Positions 59,291-64,000 of a DNA stretch of 64,000 nt are shown piece after piece. The DNA lies in assembly GCF_009914755.1 (NCBI RefSeq), contig NC_060932.1. One strand, written 5' to 3'. The translations under genes and the position numbers were made by a program. The DNA comes from the human T2T-CHM13v2.0 reference genome, Homo sapiens. Each line of letters begins with the position of its first letter. The first letter of the stretch is position 1. The notes below the pieces were generated by a model that saw nothing but the letters and a program-made list of their open reading frames with translations, did not search any database and was not told where the DNA came from.

Positions 59291-59607
59291 GCTGCATAGT
59301 ATTCCATGGTGTAGGATGAAGCTGGAAACCATCATTCTCAGCAAACTATCGCAAGGACAAAAAACCAAACACCGCATGTTCTCACTCATAGGTGGGAATT
59401 GAACAATGAGAACACTTGGACACAGGAAGGGGAACATCACACACCGGGGCCTGTTGTGGGGTGGGGGTAGGGGGGAGGGATAGCATTAGGAGATATACCT
59501 AATGTAAATGACGAGTTAATGGGTGCAGCACACCAACATGGTGCATGTATACATATGTAACAAACCTACACGTTGTGCACATGTACCCTAGAACTTAAAG
59601 TATAATA

Positions 59608-59645
<38 letters not shown>

Positions 59646-59646
59646 T
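59291..59646 (+). mobile_element. L1PA5-like insertion with a 23-nt 5' inversion and (TA)n tail
   Basis: Inverted 'gctgcatagtattccatggtgta' 59291-59313, sense from 59314; TSD aaacttgttttgtg at 59277-59290 and 59647-59660. Confidence 0.95.
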
Positions 59647-59660
59647 AAACTTGTTTTGTG

Positions 59661-60265
59661 AATTTTGAAATAGTTTTACACATACATAGGCATTGCGATA
59701 ATGCTACGGACAGTTCCCACAGTCCCTGTTACCTAGTGTCCATCATGGAAAGCATATAACGTAATCATAGCACAATTATCAAAACCAGGAAATCAACATT
59801 GGTAAATGCTATTAACTAAACCATAGATCTTTTCCAGATTTCAGTAGTTCTTACATGCAATCATTTTCCTTTATAGCATATGGTTCACTGAAACTTTATC
59901 ACATGTATAGATTTGTGTAACCACCACTACAATCAGAATGGAGATCTCTTCAATCATCCCAAAGGAACTCTTTGGTGCAGTCCCTTTGTAATCTTGTCCT
60001 TTCCCCAACCTAATGCCTGGCAGCCACTAATCTCCATCATTAAAAATTTGTCATTTCAAGAATGTTATATGAATAGAATAATAACTATGCAACCTTTTGA
60101 GATTGACTTTTTTTCCCATTCAGCGTAACACCTGAGATTTATCTAAGTTGTGTGTTTCAATTGCTGAGTAAGATTCTATTTTATGGATGTAACACAGATT
60201 GTGTATCCATTCATGTGTGTTGAAGGGCATTTGGGTTTTTTTCCCCCAATTTGGGGCTATTACTG
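59661..60265 (-). mobile_element. Old L1M (MB/MC/MD-like) 3' end
   Basis: 'tcaaaaccaggaaatcaacattggta', 'atttgtgtaaccaccactacaatcag', 'tgtcatttcaagaatgttatat'. Confidence 0.75.
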
Positions 60266-62309
60266 AAATTATATTTTACTGTTTTTTCCTAAATATATGA
60301 ATCTGAAAGTGTATCTGTATCATTTAAGACTTAACTCCATGTGGAATTAATTTCTAGAAGCGTGAAGAACAGGTTACCAGTTCTCCCAGGATTGCTATGA
60401 TGACTAATTTTTAGCTGAATAAAATATGAATATATCTATTCATTTTTATATGTGTCAAGAATGTGCTGAGAGTTATAGGAAAACAGAAAGGTAATAATTG
60501 TTACCAAATCATGAGGAGTGCCCAAGTTCTAAAAAACCCACAAAGTCAAAGAATGCTGCATGGCTATAGTTTCAGAATTATTTTCTCAGAGAGTGCCAGA
60601 GCCAATCTTCTTGGTACCTGAGGGTAAACACCCAACCTCTTGTTCCTCACTTAGACTTTCTTCTATACTTGGCTTTTCTCCATGAAGGGTACTGTTTCAG
60701 CACATTGGACAGAAAAATACAAGCACAGTGCAAAAATAGGTGTGAATGTTGTACTGATTCAGGTACCAGTATGTGTTTTGAAAGTTAACTCTGCTTTTCT
60801 AGTGATACTTACTTTGGATAAAACCCAGGTCAAGCCTGTTCAAAACTGTTACCCGAAGGCAATTATTCAACATTATAAGCACATGGTTTCCAGATCATTC
60901 ATCATTTTATTTAACTTCTTGAGTACATAAAGTTTTTATCCCATTTGTGAGTCTTGATGCACACAATTGACTAACTGTGTTTGGGTTATTTTCTCTTCCA
61001 CATTGGGAAAAACTATCTTTCATGATCTATCTCCCTTTTCAAAGCTGTTAAACTTTTGTCTTCTTTAAATGATTTTCTGTGATGATCCAGTGTTTCTTGT
61101 CACGTTTCTGTACCTATATGTGCTACTGTTGTGTATTTGTTTGTTCATCCTGCCTCTCCCACGGAAAGACCTGTCTTCTGTTCTTCGTCACCAAGACTCT
61201 CTACACAGTAAGGGCTCCATCTGTTTTGACTGTTGACCTACTGAAGGGACATGCCTTTGCGGACAGATTCAACACAAGGTTGAGGATTAAACCCAGGCTT
61301 ATTTTCCTTCGGATTTTCTCAACAATCCTTCCATCTCCTAGTAGTATCTATTCTCTTCTAGCAACTTTTTTTTTAAATAATAAAATTGCCTTGGTCTTCT
61401 AGGACCCTCTGGGAAGGTAGGTGTCAGGATGGAAAGTAGGTTGGTCTGATCAAGGGAGTCCTGTCATGGGAGGTGAGAAGACCTGGGATCTGGTACTGGA
61501 TTTGCTTCTCACTCCTAACATGATCATGAAAATATTTTCTGCTTCCTTCCTTATTAGCAAAATCAGGTAGATATAAAAGGCTCTGAAGCAGACTGGGTTG
61601 TTGTAATGGCAAAGGGGGAACCTAAAAAATTCTGAACTGAGATGTGGGAGTCACACCATTGTCCACTGCAGACATACCAAACAAGCCACCTTAATTTAGA
61701 GCACAGGCTTGTGAGTCTAGTGATGCTGTTCAATCATACATTTTAATCTCTATAAAATGTAATCTCCTATGCACAAAGGTAGTACCAATAGCACTTGAGT
61801 GCCTCGAAGAGAGTTTTGCCCAAAAAGCAGCAGACTTACTGTATGATATGTCCATCTGTGAAGGTCCTGGCTCAGACTGAGCTGACAGTATGGAAGTCTA
61901 CTCTAATGCAGAAAGGTTGGAAACCTGTAATTATTGTTAAAAGTTTAGGGTTGTGGAACCTATTTTTATAGCAAGACAAACTTGCTCTGGTATTGGCCCA
62001 TGGATGGGTAAAAGAAACTAAATGCTTTCACCTTTTAAAAAGGGGAAAGTGTGGCACTGTCAGCATGGCTCAGTGCTCACTGTCATCCTGCTGCTACATC
62101 ATGTGCTTGATGCACTGTCATTTGGGTGATAACATCACATTTAAGTCATGATCATTTATTCCCAGTGTCAGAGTGAAGGAGTCCTGTTCATTTGAGTTTC
62201 AGTATTCCTCAAACTGGATTTCAAAAAGAATTTCTTCCAAAAGAATTCATCAAGGACTACCGTAATTTCATACCAGGAAGAAAACTGTCAAAATATGTCA
62301 TGAGTCCAA

Positions 62310-63352
62310 CTAAAAACCTAGCTCAAACCATCATAGTCTCTCATCCAAACTACTAAATTGACTTCCTAACTAGGTTCCTGCATTGACTCTTGCTCCTCCA
62401 TAGTCGGTGCTCCACACAACAGCCAGAGGGATCTTTTAAAATTAAAATTCTGTTGAAAATATAATACCCATCACAAAGCCTTTGGCAGTTTTCTCTTAGA
62501 AGTGCATGCTTTTACTTAGCTTCAAGCAATAGTATCTTCTACCTGTAGGTCTTCTCTCTCCATATATAAGTCCTTCCTATCTTTTCAAATCCAGATTTTA
62601 CATTCGAATATCCTTCAGGAGATGTTTAATGATCCCCCCAGCTGATAAAAGTTACCTTCTCTGAGTTTTTTATGACACAGTATTTGTATATTTTATGCCA
62701 TGTATCAGTTTTCTACCTTGTATCATAGTAATTTACGTACCTTCATCCTTTCTCTACTTTGAATTTATTGAGGACAGATTCTGTGTTTTACAAATCTGCA
62801 TTGGGTACTCAATAAATATTTGTGAAATAACTAAATAAATGAGCTGTGTTAAAATTAAAAAAAAAAAGAAAAAGAAGTGCATGCAATAAAAATGGCTTGC
62901 TATGGCTCACAGGAACCAAGTGTGATCTGGCCTGAGTCAGTCTTTTCAACTTCCCCTCCTGCCACTCTCCCCTTTGCTGGCTTTCCTCCAAGTACACTGG
63001 GGTTTTTACTTTTCTTTGGATCTTCCTCAGGGCCTTTGCACTTGTGGTTGCCTCTACTGGGCACTTCATATTCCCCCAGATTTTTGCCTGACTCCCCTAC
63101 TTCATTTATGATCAACATGTAATCACTCCCTCATTCTTTCCTTATTCTCTATCCCTTACCATGCTTTATTTTTCTTCATGACCCTTATATATCTTAGATC
63201 ATAATATATATTTATTTGTTGGCTTATTTCCTGCCTTCCTGTCTAGAGTGTAACCTTCTTGAGAGCAGTGACATTGTCTTTTTCATACTGCATCCCATGC
63301 CTGTAGTGTCTGGCACAGAACAGGTTTTTGATTAATAGTCTTTGAATGGGTG
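62310..63352 (+). mobile_element. LINE-2 fragments
   Basis: 'ctccacacaacagccagagggatcttttaaaa', 'cctcagggcctttgcacttg', 'tagtgtctggcacaga'. Confidence 0.75.
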
Positions 63353-63413
63353 AAAGAGAATAGAGGTATCTGGCATAGTCGGGGGTCAAGTCAGCCTGAG
63401 GTCAAATCCAAAT

Positions 63414-64000
63414 CTTGTAGATTCGGGATATTAATCATTTGTTAGATACATAGTTTGCAAATATTTTCTCCAATTCTGTAGGTTGTCTCCTCACTCTATT
63501 GATTATTTCTGTTGCTTTGCAGAAGCTTTTTATTTAAATTAAGTCCCAGTTGTCTGCAAGGAACTTAGACAAGAACAACAACAAAAAACAATCCCATTAA
63601 AAGGGGGCTTTAAAGTACACGAACAGACATTTCTCAAAAGAAGATATGCAAGTTGTCAACAAACATGAAAAAATGCACACCATCAGTAATCAGAGACATG
63701 CAAATTAAAACCACAATGCAATACCATTTTATACCAGTCAGAATAGTTATTATTAAAAAGTCACACACACAAAAAAACCCAACAGATGTTGATGAGGATG
63801 CAGAAAAAACAGAACCATTATACATTGTTGGTGGGAAGGTAAATTAGTACAACCCCTATGGAAAACAGTGTGGAGATTTCTCAAAGAGCCAAAAATAGAA
63901 CTACTATTCAATCCAGTAATCCCACCACCAGATATCTACACAAAAGAAAACAAATCATTTTATTAAAAAAGAGATACCTGTACTCATATATTTATCACAG
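63414..64000 (+). mobile_element. L1PB/older L1PA-like element with 5' inversion, running off the window end
   Basis: Antisense 63414-63555 ('cttgtagattcgggatatt...'), sense from 63556 ('caaggaact...aacagacatttctcaaaagaagat'). Confidence 0.88.

Overview
AT-rich, CpG-poor primate (almost certainly human or great-ape) genomic DNA with no CpG island, no recognisable multi-exon CDS, no rRNA/tRNA and no CRISPR array. It looks like the interior of a very large intron or an intergenic region. Roughly half is interspersed repeat: Alu (J/S/Y plus a FAM monomer), L1 (L1M to L1PA2), L2, MIR, MaLR/ERVL solo LTRs and DNA-transposon relics (MER58, MER44, Tigger1). Nearly all listed ORFs are chance or repeat-derived; the only one with a real protein identity is the L1 ORF2p C-terminus at 49226-50086. 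Items worth a second look: (i) small + strand candidate exons with good splice signals (16157-16188, 28264-28310) and an AG|GTAAG recursive-splice-like site (27141-27148); (ii) an old ~220 bp direct duplication of apparently unique DNA (6824-7058 / 8069-8276); (iii) a perfect 16-bp-arm hairpin inside a decayed MIR (43761-43796); (iv) five 5'-inverted (twin-primed) L1 insertions in the last 17.5 kb, partly nested; (v) an AluY with an identical 56-nt internal tandem duplication. I see no evidence for a new biological system. Repeat subfamily names are from memory of consensus sequences, and boundaries of old repeats are approximate.
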